In this document: positions 1-12,000 of the stretch, one piece after another
How positions within the stretch are numbered: the stretch's first letter is position 1
Layout of the letters: each line of letters begins with the position of its first letter
Assembly: GCA_002269645.1 (NCBI GenBank)
Contig: NIVC01003390.1
Coordinates: 4,228-68,227 of the forward strand
Length of the DNA: 64,000 nt
From: Macrostomum lignano
Taxonomy: Eukaryota
Direction of reading: 5' to 3'
The notes under the pieces: generated by a model
The model's database searches: none
What the model was told of the DNA's origin: nothing
Seen by the model: only the letters and a program-made list of their open reading frames with translations
Made by a program: the position numbers and the translations under genes

Positions 1-1309
1 GGTCTCGCTCCTCCTACACTCTGCTGGCTCGGCTGCCGTTCTGCAGATCCAGCTGCAGTCCTCTGCTGGCTCTGGGATCGGTCAGTAGGTCTCGGATATT
101 TTTCAAACTGCCTCGCTTTGTTTCGGTCGCGTTCAGGCAGATTCTGAGCGTGCTCGACTTCCTTTATTCTGCGTTTTAAGTAGGTCAGATCCTCGCTAAT
201 CTCAGCATGCACTCTTGCCAGGTTATTCTCGCAATGCGCTTTCAGCTGCTCGAAGCCACTTCGATTTTTCTCCACTTCTCGCGACAGTTTCGGACGAATC
301 CTACGCAACAGCAGAGCTTGGTAATACAGATACTGCAGGAAAGTCGCGGAGTACTTTGGTCCACCTTGATCAGCGTCTTTTTCCTTTAAAGAGTTGGCAG
401 GCGGAGGATTTTTACTATAAAAGATAATGCTCTACTGTGTTCTAGCGTTTTGGATCTAGGTTCCGACCACGCAACACCTGTAATTATTGGAAATTGCAAA
501 TCAGCACATGAAATTCATTTTCTAGCGTTTCGCTCAGCTCATTCCCAAACCTGAAGAAGTTTAACGTCTATATCCCTTACACTCTCAGGATAACCGTTAC
601 ATTTTTGAACAGCCCCTGAGAAGCCGCCCTCTCTGGCATCGACAGTCATCGCGATTTCCAGGGAAAATCTGCAATGAGGAATTCCCTTTTGCCTCTCCGG
701 CGTCGAGGATGCGGGGCACTTCATCTGTAACTGCATCGCCTCAACTAAACTACCTCGGCCCAAACATGGATGTCCCTGAAGTTTTCAGACCCGAGAATTT
801 CCGCCACATGATTAGCAATCTAAGGGCTATAAGGCGAGTATCATCCACTCTTCAAACGGGAAGCACTAGCTGCACGAGGTCGCCAGGCTGTTGGCCAAAT
901 AGGCATCAATGCCTCCCCGATGCATCCGGATTACCGGAGCCCCTTGCAGCCAAGTCAAGCAAGGACTACTCCAAGTAGAATGATGGGAAACTATACATAT
1001 CTAAAAAAAGTTATTTGGAAAATCTACGATTGTACGTAGGATATAAAATTAACATAGAATCCTAATTTTCCAATCAAAAACTCTATGAATATCAATAGAG
1101 CTATAAGAAAAACAAGACGTATTAAAAGATGAACGTTGGGTCTGTCTCCTACGAGTTTCAAATGCAATAATAATTCTCGTGCTGGAAAATTAAAATCTCT
1201 CCTACCTCCGTAATGTATTTTTTCGGAAAAACCTGCCTCTTAAAATTTTCAGTAAACGTAGCTCATGGTCTCCCGTCCTTCTACTTAAGTAGTCCTTGAA
1301 GTCAAGTAA

Positions 1310-4300
1310 TTACAAGCCCGTACTCACAGACTCTACTTTTCTGTCGGGACCAACCCGAGAACATTTTCGGTTGATGCAACAGCAGTACAGTTCAGCTCGC
1401 CCCTGGTACTCGCGAAGCAGCTCAAAATATCCCTGTCTCCAGATTCCGATGGCCTTGCTGTGAAGCGTGCTCACCCGAAGGTTAAACAGAGCGATCAGCA
1501 GGTTAACCATCACAATGTTTACCAGCAGGAGGAAAACAAATAGCGTGAGATTGCGGAACCAAGACAGACCGATAGCGTTGGCCACTGATCCGACTTCCTG
1601 ACTCAAGTCGCTTCTAGGAGTGTCAAACTGAATGCGTTCAAAGTTGGTAAACAGCAGGTCGAACGGCATCGTAAAAATCTGCAGCATGACTCGCCACCAG
1701 TAGAACTCGGCCTGCGTCTCGCTCGACTGCGCGGTGGTTGATGGGAACAGCAAATTGAAGAAAAACACTCCAAACGATAGAAAAATGATCGCACTGATCG
1801 CAAGGAACGGTCCCAAGTCTCCGATCATTAGCTTCTTCAGCATGACGATAACGTGCCCCGTCTTTTGCCATGAGCTTAGGAAGGCAACAGAACGAAATCC
1901 GCAGAAAAGGAATGACGTGCTTAGAATGCACTGGCATGCGTAAGCAGTGACGTCACCAGGGTTTCCAAAAATGGACCACTTCCAGACGATGCCAAGCCAC
2001 AGAAGCAATAGAGCTATGAAGTCAAACACATTGTACACATTTCTCCAGTACATCGAGCACTTACTCGACCTACCACCACAACAGATTGCTTTTGGTGGCA
2101 GCGAGGTAAAGTCAAATACTTCGAGCACAAGAAACAGCAGCGCAAACGCAGTCAGAATTGCGTCGCTCACAAACGAATTGAATGTCGTCTTAAAGTCGGT
2201 AACAAACCAAGCAAAGTACAACATGAATACGATGTAGGTAGCTAGGCTAAATCCGAAGTGGGTAGTTGGACTTCCGCAGTTCTTTGCCTTCTTCCACTCC
2301 TCCTTAGCCAGTTTGTAGATGCAGTCTGTAGCAAACAGGTCCTCGCATTCAGCAATTTCAACGAGTTCCAAAACTGTGTACTGTTGAGACTCACCGCTGC
2401 AGCATATGGTCGCTCTACTGTTTTCATTTTCGTCAATGCTGTACTTCAGACCTCTGAGTTCGCCTCTGATGTAATTGAATAAAAGCTCTCTATCTTTGTC
2501 ATCTGAATTTGCATACAGCTGGTCAAGCGTGTTTACGGCTATGCTGATGACTTTGCTTGCGAGACTCTTTAGCTGGTCGTGATAAACATCGTGCTTTTTT
2601 ATCTTTCTCTTCAGCTGAATGATTAGTCGAATGCAGCTGGGAATCAGTTCGAACTGCCTCGTGATGATGAGGTCAGGCAGAAGATCGAGTTTGTTGTGTT
2701 TAAGTGCAAGGTCAATTAGTTGCATCTCCGTTGGATTTTTATCTATAGAACTATCATCTGGGTGGTCTTTGATCCACTGTCGAATGAATCCTTCCTCTGT
2801 CTTTGCCCCTAATAAGCTTAGTTTTAGTGCGCTGCGAAACGCTTGCGGCGAGTCATCACCCCAGGCTGCCTGCAACACGGAGACCCCCTGTGAGGACTGG
2901 TTCTCCCTTTTAAATCTTGATGGGCCTCTTTCTAACTTTTCTTTCACCACCTGGTCGACAATTCGAGCAATGTGCTGCATCGCGGCCGGCCGGTCAGGCA
3001 GCTTCACTGCACGGTGCAGTGGATCAAAAAGACAGCAAGCCTCGCTCGGTTCGAAGCCCTGGGCCTCCACTAACTTTTTCAGCTGGTCAGCATCGCGAGC
3101 GTAGTCGATGCAAGTCAGCCCATCGTGGTCCATGTCAGTTATTTTAAGGCCGTTTTTCGTTAAATAGGCAATGTTGGCCTGGTGGCCTGCTTGACAAGCG
3201 AAGTGCAGGCAATTGGCACCTTTGTTGGGACCCCGTTCCACTACCTTGCTGCGTAGTTCGGCTTTCTCGGCATTCGCAATCGAGGCGAGAGGTTCGATCA
3301 GATTCTCCAGGTTGTACCGGCTCGCGAACTCGTGAACTACGTGAACGCCATCCTTGTTAAGAAAAACTTTTTTCAAAATCGGACTATCGACCGCGGCACT
3401 TAAAATTTTAATGAGAACTTTCTCCTTTAATTGCGAGCAGTGAAGAAAGTTCTTTTTTAGATTGTTCTCGTGATTCACGCCATTTGGCATTTTCTCGGCA
3501 AGAAAGGCCACGTTTTGGAAAAATTCCTCCGAAGAAACAAGTTCATCGACTCTGTGATTTAAGAACATGGCGTGCAAGAGGCTATTCTCGTCGGCATCAA
3601 CTTCTTTGAAAGCGTCTGATTGGCTCTGCAGGATCTTCAGGAGCGAATAATTCCACGCCATGCAAGCGTAGAAGAGCATATTTCTGCCTCTGCCATCGCG
3701 ATCGGCAATGAAGTTATTTAATTTGAGGGTTGTCAACTTTTCCCGAATTGCTTTCAAGAGTTTCTTATCACCACCAGCCACGATATGCAATACTGTTTGG
3801 CCGTCGTCATTTCTTTCTTCGCTAATTAGCTTAATGCATTCGTCTTCAGTGCTGGCTTGCTTCAGGATCTCTAATATTCTGGCGAATGTATCGCATTTTT
3901 CGCTCATTGCCGCAATGTGCAGGTAGCTGTTTTTCTCTTCATCAGCATATTCTCTGAGTTGCTGCAATTTTCTGTCAGCAAACGCATCCACCATCTGCTT
4001 AGCCGTTTCGTCGGCGCAACGCTGAACGACTGTCTTCAGCACTGACTGACCCCCTGAGTCTTCCCATCCGAGGCACTCGTTGCCGAAAAATGTCTTCACT
4101 TCTTCAAACACTTCATCATTTTGGCAGCCTGGATTTTCGTTCCTAGCGGCACAGTGAGCCAGCGTGTCTCCGTCGTTGTCAACTGCAATCTTTTCTTCAT
4201 TTATCCTATTCCCAAGGTGCTCTCTGGCCTGTTCGAGCAGATGGTTCACCAGCTCATCACCGCAGTGCTCAACGGCCACATGAAGTACCGTATGACCTCT

Positions 4301-4939
4301 ATTGTTCTCCCATAGCATAGCAGGGAGATTTTCGTGAAGCGCCGATCTCAGGACTGACTCATCTGTAGAGTTTCTGGCAGCGTAGTGGGCCAGCGTGTCC
4401 CCAGCTTGATCCCTCATCTTTGAGCTCCGCAGCTCCTGCTCGGCGTCGGGATGCAACTGGCGAAACTGCTCAATACGATAGTTCTGAGCAGCGTAGTGAA
4501 GCGGAGTAGCTGAGTTCGAGTCTCGATGGTCAAGGCAAGATTTACCCGCCTTCTCGATCAACGTCTTGAGTAGTTCTTCTCCTTCGGAGCTCATTGCAGC
4601 ATAGTGAGCCGCAGTTCTCGAGTGCTCATCTTCGTGCAGCTTCAGAGCGCTTTCGTCTTTGCTGACAGCAAATTTCAACGCTTCTTTGAATTGTTTATCG
4701 CTGGCGTGAATCAACAACTCGTCCATGAATAGCAACTTGTCCGTGAATCGGTACTTCACAGCCGGCCGCACTTTCGTCTGGACACTGTTGTCTTCTCTGG
4801 GTGTCGGATCGGGCACCTCCGCCGGCGGCATCGGTTTCTCGGGCCAATCAGACTGGTCGAATCCGTCGAAGATGGCGTGGCTGCTTCCGGCTGGGGCACC
4901 CGGACCCAGTGGTGGGGCGGCGGAGCGAGCGGCAGCCAT
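1310..4939 (-). CDS. Intronless ankyrin-repeat TRP cation channel, TRPA-like (about 1,209 aa from the first ATG)
   Basis: The ORF track gives 1310..4993 from a TTG; the first ATG is at 4939 (MAAARS), just after a pyrimidine-rich ..ttttgccgccag acceptor-like site. Many ankyrin motifs (RTAAHYAA, ATPLHYAA, DTLAHYAA, HTVLHVAV, QTVLHIVA, ANCLHFAC) are followed by six hydrophobic segments with TRP-type motifs (WNVFDF-like WRNVYNVFDF, pore-region FTMPFDLLF, S6 VMVNLLIALF then W). Subfamily is inferred from domain layout only. Confidence 0.88.
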   Translation of the reverse strand: MAAARSAAPPLGPGAPAGSSHAIFDGFDQSDWPEKPMPPAEVPDPTPREDNSVQTKVRPAVKYRFTDKLLFMDELLIHASDKQFKEALKFAVSKDESALKLHEDEHSRTAAHYAAMSSEGEELLKTLIEKAGKSCLDHRDSNSATPLHYAAQNYRIEQFRQLHPDAEQELRSSKMRDQAGDTLAHYAARNSTDESVLRSALHENLPAMLWENNRGHTVLHVAVEHCGDELVNHLLEQAREHLGNRINEEKIAVDNDGDTLAHCAARNENPGCQNDEVFEEVKTFFGNECLGWEDSGGQSVLKTVVQRCADETAKQMVDAFADRKLQQLREYADEEKNSYLHIAAMSEKCDTFARILEILKQASTEDECIKLISEERNDDGQTVLHIVAGGDKKLLKAIREKLTTLKLNNFIADRDGRGRNMLFYACMAWNYSLLKILQSQSDAFKEVDADENSLLHAMFLNHRVDELVSSEEFFQNVAFLAEKMPNGVNHENNLKKNFLHCSQLKEKVLIKILSAAVDSPILKKVFLNKDGVHVVHEFASRYNLENLIEPLASIANAEKAELRSKVVERGPNKGANCLHFACQAGHQANIAYLTKNGLKITDMDHDGLTCIDYARDADQLKKLVEAQGFEPSEACCLFDPLHRAVKLPDRPAAMQHIARIVDQVVKEKLERGPSRFKRENQSSQGVSVLQAAWGDDSPQAFRSALKLSLLGAKTEEGFIRQWIKDHPDDSSIDKNPTEMQLIDLALKHNKLDLLPDLIITRQFELIPSCIRLIIQLKRKIKKHDVYHDQLKSLASKVISIAVNTLDQLYANSDDKDRELLFNYIRGELRGLKYSIDENENSRATICCSGESQQYTVLELVEIAECEDLFATDCIYKLAKEEWKKAKNCGSPTTHFGFSLATYIVFMLYFAWFVTDFKTTFNSFVSDAILTAFALLFLVLEVFDFTSLPPKAICCGGRSSKCSMYWRNVYNVFDFIALLLLWLGIVWKWSIFGNPGDVTAYACQCILSTSFLFCGFRSVAFLSSWQKTGHVIVMLKKLMIGDLGPFLAISAIIFLSFGVFFFNLLFPSTTAQSSETQAEFYWWRVMLQIFTMPFDLLFTNFERIQFDTPRSDLSQEVGSVANAIGLSWFRNLTLFVFLLLVNIVMVNLLIALFNLRVSTLHSKAIGIWRQGYFELLREYQGRAELYCCCINRKCSRVGPDRKVESVSTGL

Positions 4940-5100
4940 CGCTGGCGGCAAAATGTATGGAGTACATTCATGAATTTTGAAGTTCGCTGACAACGAGGGT
5001 TAAAGAAAGTAGTTTTTTAGGTATACGAGCTACAGCGATATGGGATATGAGGTGTGAGACAAGATTCAGTAGGATGAGAGCCTGCGAGATGAGATTCGAT

Positions 5101-5680
5101 TAAATAATTAGGTTTGGTGAAGTGAGATTCGGAGAGATTCGGTGGGATTCGGTGAGATGAGATTCGGTGAGATGAGATTCGGAGAGATTCAGTGAGATTC
5201 AGTGAGATTCAGTGAGATTCGGTGAGATGAGATTCAGAGAGATTCGCATAGATTCAGTGAGATTCAGTGAGATTCAGTGAGATTCAGTGAGATTCAGTGA
5301 GATTCGGTGAGATTCGGTGAGATGAGAGTCGGTGAGATGAGATTCAGAGAGATTCGCATAGATTCAGTGAGATTCAGTGAGATTCAGTGAGATTCGGTGA
5401 GATGAGAGTCGGTGAGATGAGATTCAGAGAGATTTGCATAGATTCAGTGAGATTCAGTGAGATTCAGTGAGATTCAGTGAGATTCAGTGAGATTCAGTGA
5501 GATTCGGTGTGATGAGAGTCGATGAAATGAGAATCGGTAAGATTCGGAGTGATTTAGTGAGATTCGGTGAGATTCGGTGAGATGAGATTTGGTGAGATAC
5601 GGCGAGATTCGGTGAAATAAGATTCGGAGAGATTCGGAGAGATTCGGTGGGATTCGGTGGTATGAGATTCGGCCAAGATT
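5101..5680. repeat. Degenerate 10-bp minisatellite (GAGATTCAGT/GAGATTCGGT)n
   Basis: Directly visible tandem array upstream of the TRP gene. Confidence 0.95.
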
Positions 5681-8115
5681 AGATTAGCTCATAGACAAGA
5701 ATGGGGCTGGAAGCTAGTCATGCATGTAAACGAATGCACTAAAAGTTAAAAATTAATATAAATTACGAACTACCTTGCTTTCAATAACTGAGTTCGTTCA
5801 GCAGATGCAGAAAGTTTATAGTGGAGATCTGAGGACCTACTCTCTGTCGATAAAACTCGAACTTGAAACCCCCTTGACTCGGAGGCGTTGGGCACGTACC
5901 CAAGTTTTGTCCCCATTTATAAGTCATAGAAACAAGGCAGGCATCTGGCTATTGGGGCACTGCGGCCTGGTAACAGGCAACTTTTACCTGTAAGAGAGCC
6001 ATTGAGCCCGATTTTTTACAATGAAATTTACTCATAACTACCCTCTCGGTCAGTTTAACGGGCCCAGGGCCAGGCCGGTCTTGCACACTTTTCATTGTGA
6101 GAACTATACACAGCCGCCTTAAGCAGAAGTATTCTTAGTGCATGCGAGTCGAGAGATGTTCTTAGGTTCCCAAAGACGGTTTTGTCTCTGCAAGGTCTCT
6201 CTATGTTATAAATACCAGACGTTGGCAACCAACATATTCTTGGCATTTTCGTCGCCTCTGCCACAAAGGAGCGGGCGAGTTACTTCATGCAGAGGTCACC
6301 CGAACGAAACAGTTTCTCGCAAACCGTCCAACAAAGTGCATGCATGATGGGCATTGCATTTTTTATGCACCGCAGATGTCATTTCTATTAAGGATTTAAG
6401 GCAAACATTAATTTCATTTTTCAAGTTCAGGTTGCCCTTTCATATTTTACTAAAGCCCTACTAGATGATGGTTACTAGGATTGGTCACTAGCTAAGCCTG
6501 TTGCTTAGCCTCTGTTCAGCAGCCCCAAGGATCTCTGCCTTGAACATCACGATGACAACAAGCACCCAAATGTATGGGGTCGACGTGTGGGACATCACAG
6601 GATCGAGAGTAGTCTCGAATTGCAACATAAAATCTGTAGATTGAGTCAGACGGCGTGGATCAAGTCCATGTCTCATTACCTTGGTGGGATGAACCAGAAT
6701 CACCATTTTTGCGTAATTTTTAACAAATGATCGACTGATGATCGAACGAAACGAAATGATCGAAACAGCAGAATATACTACTACTCTAGCGCAAGGACTA
6801 CACACAGTGGTCCTTGCTCTAGCAAAAATCTCGTATGCCTCGACAGCAGTAGAAGCACTAAAGTAGGTTTCGCCATTTAGAAAATTGTGATTTCTCGAGA
6901 CCATGCTAACTGCATTACTGAACTACAGCAATACGAAAATATACGCAAGGACCACTGTATATACGTGAATATACGTTCTCTAATGAACTCCATCTCATTT
7001 CTAAGAAAATAGTGTGTAACGTCATTCCACTTCACTTGTCCACAGGTCAAACTCAGACCAGTAGACGATGGATTGTTCAAGAACGAGTAGGCCTAGGAAA
7101 GATTTTAGGTTGCTGATTATGCCTAAAACCAGTGAATATTCGGAATTTATGAAGTCAGCGTTTCTCAGCGTACAGAACGTTAACAGCTCGTTAATCGCCT
7201 AAAGAAACATAACAAAATTTGTTGTAAACCAGGCCCAGTCAGATTCAATGTCGCTGCGACGAAGCTGTAGGCCTAACTTACATTTATCTTTAAGTTAAAT
7301 GTATTTTATTGTATCTTTTGCCTTTTAGTATTAGGCCTATTATTAAAAACGTTAAGACTTAAGTAAATATCTTTAAATGGATTTTTTATTTAAGTATAGT
7401 GGATAGCGGATAGCCTATAAGCTTTGTTTGCTCTAACGTGCAAGTTTTTAATAACGAGATGTGCATGTGCCTATGATAATTCTTCCATTAACATTGTAAC
7501 TTGATGTTTTTAAATTGTTTTTATGCCTATGCCTATGATAGTTTTGTTTTCTTTATATTTTTATAACTTTTTATATTCTTAATCTTATATAGGGCCTAGT
7601 TAGGCCTATATTTTTTGCATTTGTATATTTCATCTTCTTTGATCTAATATTTCTAAGATTATTTATAACTTTTTTGTAATTTAAATAAATGGTTATAAAT
7701 AATTGTTTATATAGATGTATATAATACATATATGATTATCTTATAATATTCTATAGATAATTATAAAGGAAATTAAGTCAAGTGGCTTAATGCCTTAACC
7801 CCTTAATAATTTCTTTTTCTTTTAAATTTGAAAAATAAGAAGTTTCATAATATAAATCAATTTATTTCTTATAAAATTCTATTAGACTTGCATTCTAGAG
7901 CTTTTTTAAATGTATATTAATGTTAATTCTTATCTTTCTTGAATTAAATAAAATGATTATATATTATACCCTTATACTTAATGTAGTATCACTGCCACTC
8001 TACCAATTTCCCTAAGTAGATATAAGCCTATGCCCTATTGGAATAACTGCATATATAGTATATGACTATATGCTATACAAAGTTATAAAATTTTGATTCC
8101 ATCTTAATTGATAAT

Positions 8116-8410
8116 AAATAATTAATTACACCTGCCCAATGGGCAGATGTGCAACCGACAGCTCAGCCGCAGCTATTGCGCGGCGCATCTGAAGGCTGCG
8201 TACGGCTGTTCAGTCCAAGGACTGGGGGGTCGCCACACACACCCTCAATTACCCCAGCTAATGCTGGTACCCATTTTACAGCTGGGTAAACTGAAGCAAC
8301 GCAGAGTTAAGTGTCTTGCTCAAGGACACAAATTGTTGCAGAGGGATCGGGAATTGAACCCCCAACCTTCAAGTCGTGAGTCCGACGCCCTAACCACTAG
8401 GCTACAACCC
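8116..8410 (-). mobile_element. tRNA-derived SINE with CORE(MIR)-like central domain, copy 1
   Basis: The minus strand begins with a tRNA-like head (TAGCCTAGTGGTT A-box, GGTTCAATTCC B-box). The plus-strand segment cccattttacagctgggtaaactgaagcaacgcagagttaagtgtcttgctcaaggacaca resembles the MIR/CORE consensus. The 3' end has a hairpin CTGCCC-ATT-GGGCAG and an AT-rich tail. A second copy lies at 9411-9680. Confidence 0.8.
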
Positions 8411-9024
8411 ATCTTGCACTATTCCATCTTGCACTACTATAAAATTAATAATATTTATATATAATATTTACTGTGCCTAAGCATGTTTACAAATGTATGC
8501 CATATATCCATAGGATTTGAAATTGTATTCCAATAGGGAGCCTTTGGATATATAGTTATGTAATAGGTTTTTATATAAAAGTATATAGTAGCCTAGCTTT
8601 ATTTATATTTAAGCATATATACACTTTATTATGCCTTAAAAGTTGATCATCAAGGGCATAAATTGCATAAGCAAAACCAAGCTAAGATTCAAATTTAGCT
8701 CCAAATATGACTAAACTTGAATTCAATCTTAGTACCACACTGTATCACTAGGCTTTGCTCCACCCTATGTGACCCTATCCCAATAATTATAACTATTAAT
8801 ACTTCAAATGAAGTACAAGTAGGATACGTCATGACGCAGTAAAAAAAACCTAGCCTATGATAATAACTGCAAACCATATTTCTCAGTCTACTTCTGTAAA
8901 TGATGTATTCAATATTTAGCCAATTCAAGCCAAAAAAACGTGCTGTTTTCAGCTTGAACCAGCTTGGCCATGTAACAGATTGCAAAGCTGTTCTGCCACC
9001 CTGCTAACATCTTGAAATTCAACA

Positions 9025-12000
9025 ATGTCATCTGACAATAATGTTAAGCGAGAGTACCAAATGGACTTCAACATTGTTGAAGCTGCCAATGCTGAGGATG
9101 AGTTCTCATTTTTTGCCAGCCTCCCGGATATACAGCCATCAACATCGGCTGGTCTGTCATCATCCACGTCTGCAACATTGCAGTCTGCTGCGACTGGGGG
9201 CTTCAGCTATGGGCACCTGATTGGCCAGATGGTGCTGGATGTGAGTTGTGGGACTGCTTAGTCACCTTTAGAAAGTCTGGATGTGAGTTTTGGGACTGCT
9301 TAGTCACCTTTAGAAAGTCTGGATGTGAGTTTTGGGACTGCTCAGTTACCATTAGAAAGTCTGGATTTGAGATGTATGACTTCTTAAATTAATATAATAT
9401 TAATAAAATTGATTACACCTGTCATAATGGGCAGATGTGCAACCGACAGCTCAGCCGCAGCTATTGCGCGGCGCGTCTGAAAGGCTCTGTACGGCTGTTC
9501 AGTCCATAGACTGGGGGGTCGCCACACACCCTCAATTACCCCAGCTAATGCTGGCACCCATTTTACAGCTGTGTGAACTGAAGCAATGCAGAGTTAAGTG
9601 TCTTGCTAAATGACACAAATAGTTCCGAGTGGGGTCAAGAATCGAACCCCCGACCTTTCAGTCGCGAGTCCGACGCTCTAATATTTATAATTAGTCTACA
9701 ATATTTCATAATTATATTTGAAATGCAAACCACCGCTACAGACTGTCGAAGGCTTCCTGCTGGTTGTGAACGAATCTGCTATCATTGACTTCGCCTCGCA
9801 AAATGTTGCTGCCTACACTGACTATACGGCGGAGGATCTGGTGCACAGGCCGCTCTATACAATTCTGCATAACGAAGACAGACAGCTGGTTCAGCCGCTC
9901 ATTGCCTCTGTGGCTGGTAAGGGGCTGCTCTAGGCTCTACTAGTGCTCGAATCCCACAGCCTCATCTCCAGCTTCCAGTGTCCTAGGCCCTACTAGTGCT
10001 CGAATCCCACAGCCTCATCTCCTGCTTCCAGTGTCCTAGGCTCTACTAGTGCTCGAATCCCACAGCCTCATCTCCTGCTTCCAGTGTCCTAGGCTCTACT
10101 AGTGCTAGAATCCCACAGCCTCATCTCCAGCTTCCAGTGTCCTAAGCTCTACTAGTGCTCGAATCCCACAGCCTCATCTCCAGCTTCCAGTGTCCTAGGC
10201 TCTACTAGTGCTCGAATCCCACAGCCTCATCTCCAGCTTCCAGTGTCCTAGGCTCTACTAGTGCTCGAATCCCACAGCCTCATCTCCAGCTTCCAGTGTC
10301 CTAGGCCCTACTAGTGCTCGAATCCCACAGCCTCATCTCCAGCTTCCAGTGTCCTAGGCTCTACTAGTGCTCGAATCCCACAGCCTCATCTCCAGCTTCC
10401 AGTGTCCTAGGCTCTACTAGTGCTCGAATCCCACAGCCTCATCTCCAGCTTCCAGTGTCCTAGGCCCTACTAGTGCTCGAATCCCACAGCCTCATCTCCA
10501 GCTTCCAGTGTCCTAGTCCCTACTAGTGCTCGAATCCCACAGCCTCATCTCCAGCTTCCAGTGTCCTAGGCCCTACTAGTGCTCGAATCCCACAGCCTCA
10601 TCTCCAGCTTCCAGTGTCCTAGTCCCTACTAGTGCTCGAATCCCACAGCCTCATCTCCAGCTTCCAGTGTCCTAGTCCCTACTAGTGCTCGAATCCCACA
10701 GCCTCATCTCCTGCTTCCAGTGTCCTAGGCCCTACTAGTGCTCGAATCCCACAGCCTCATCTCCAGCTTCCAGTGTCCTAGGCCCTACTAGTGCTCGAAT
10801 CCCACAGCCTCATCTCCAGCTTCCAGTGTCCTAGGCCCTACTAGTGCTCGAATCCCACAGCCTCATCTCCTGCTTCCAGTGTCCTAAGCTCTACTAGTGC
10901 TCGAATCCCACAGCCTCATCTCCAGCTTCCAGTGTCCTAGGCCCTACTAGTGCTCGAATCCCACAGCCTCATCTCCAGCTTCCAGTGTCCTAAGCTCTAC
11001 TAGTGCTCGAATCCCACAGCCTCATCTCCAGCTTCCAGTGTCCTAGGCCCTACTAGTGCTCGAATCCCACAGCCTCATCTCCAGCTTCCAGTGTCCTAAG
11101 CTCTACTAGTGCTCGAATCCCACAGCCTCATCTCCAGCTTCCAGTGTCCTAGTCCCTACTAGTGCTCGAATCCCACAGCCTCATCTCCTGCTTCCAGTGT
11201 CCTAGGCCCTACTAGTGCTCGAATCCCACAGCCTCATCTCCAGCTTCCAGTGTCCTAGTCCCTACTAGTGCTCGAATCCCACAGCCTCATCTCCTGCTTC
11301 CAGTGTCCTAGTCCCTACTAGTGCTCGAATCCCACAGCCTCATCTCCTGCTTCCAGTGTCCTAGGCCCTACTAGTGCTCGAATCCCACAGCCTCATCTCC
11401 AGCTTCCAGTGTCCTAGTCCCTACTAGTGCTCGAATCCCACAGCCTCATCTCCTGCTTCCAGTGTCCTAGGCCCTACTAGTGCTCGAATCCCACAGCCTC
11501 ATCTCCAGCTTCCAGTGTCCTAGTCCCTACTAGTGCTCGAATCCCACAGCCTCATCTCCTGCTTTCAGTGTCCTAGGCCCTACTAGTGCTCGAATCCCAC
11601 AGCCTCATCTCCAGCTTCCAGTGTCCTAGTCCCTACTAGTGCTCGAATCCCACAGCCTCATCTCCTGCTTCCAGTGTCCTAAGCCCTACTAGTGCTCGAA
11701 TCCCACAGCCTCATCTCCAGCTTCCAGTGTCCTAGTCCCTACTAGTGCTCGAATCCCACAGCCTCATCTCCTGCTTCCAGTGTCCTAGGCCCTACTAGTG
11801 CTCGAATCCCACAGCCTCATCTCCTGCTTTCAGTGTCCTAGGCCCTACTAGTGCTCGAATCCCACAGCCTCATCACTACTAAGGGATTCCGAATGGCGCG
11901 ATTTTGGAGGTGAGGTGGGTGTCAACCCTCCTCGCCTCTCATTGGCTGGCGCCCCGATCACTAGGTGATCGATACCCGTATCGATATCGGCGACTCGAAC

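Noticed and set aside
207-978. Short ORFs at the window start as part of a gene
   Set aside because: No recognisable motif and no consistent splice model could be built.
8140-8240. Hammerhead ribozyme in the structured SINE tail
   Set aside because: The CUGAUGA and GAAA core motifs are not present in the required arrangement on either strand.
8340-8410. tRNA gene (also 9620-9680 and 34032-34100)
   Set aside because: No complete cloverleaf or acceptor stem; each continues into a SINE body.
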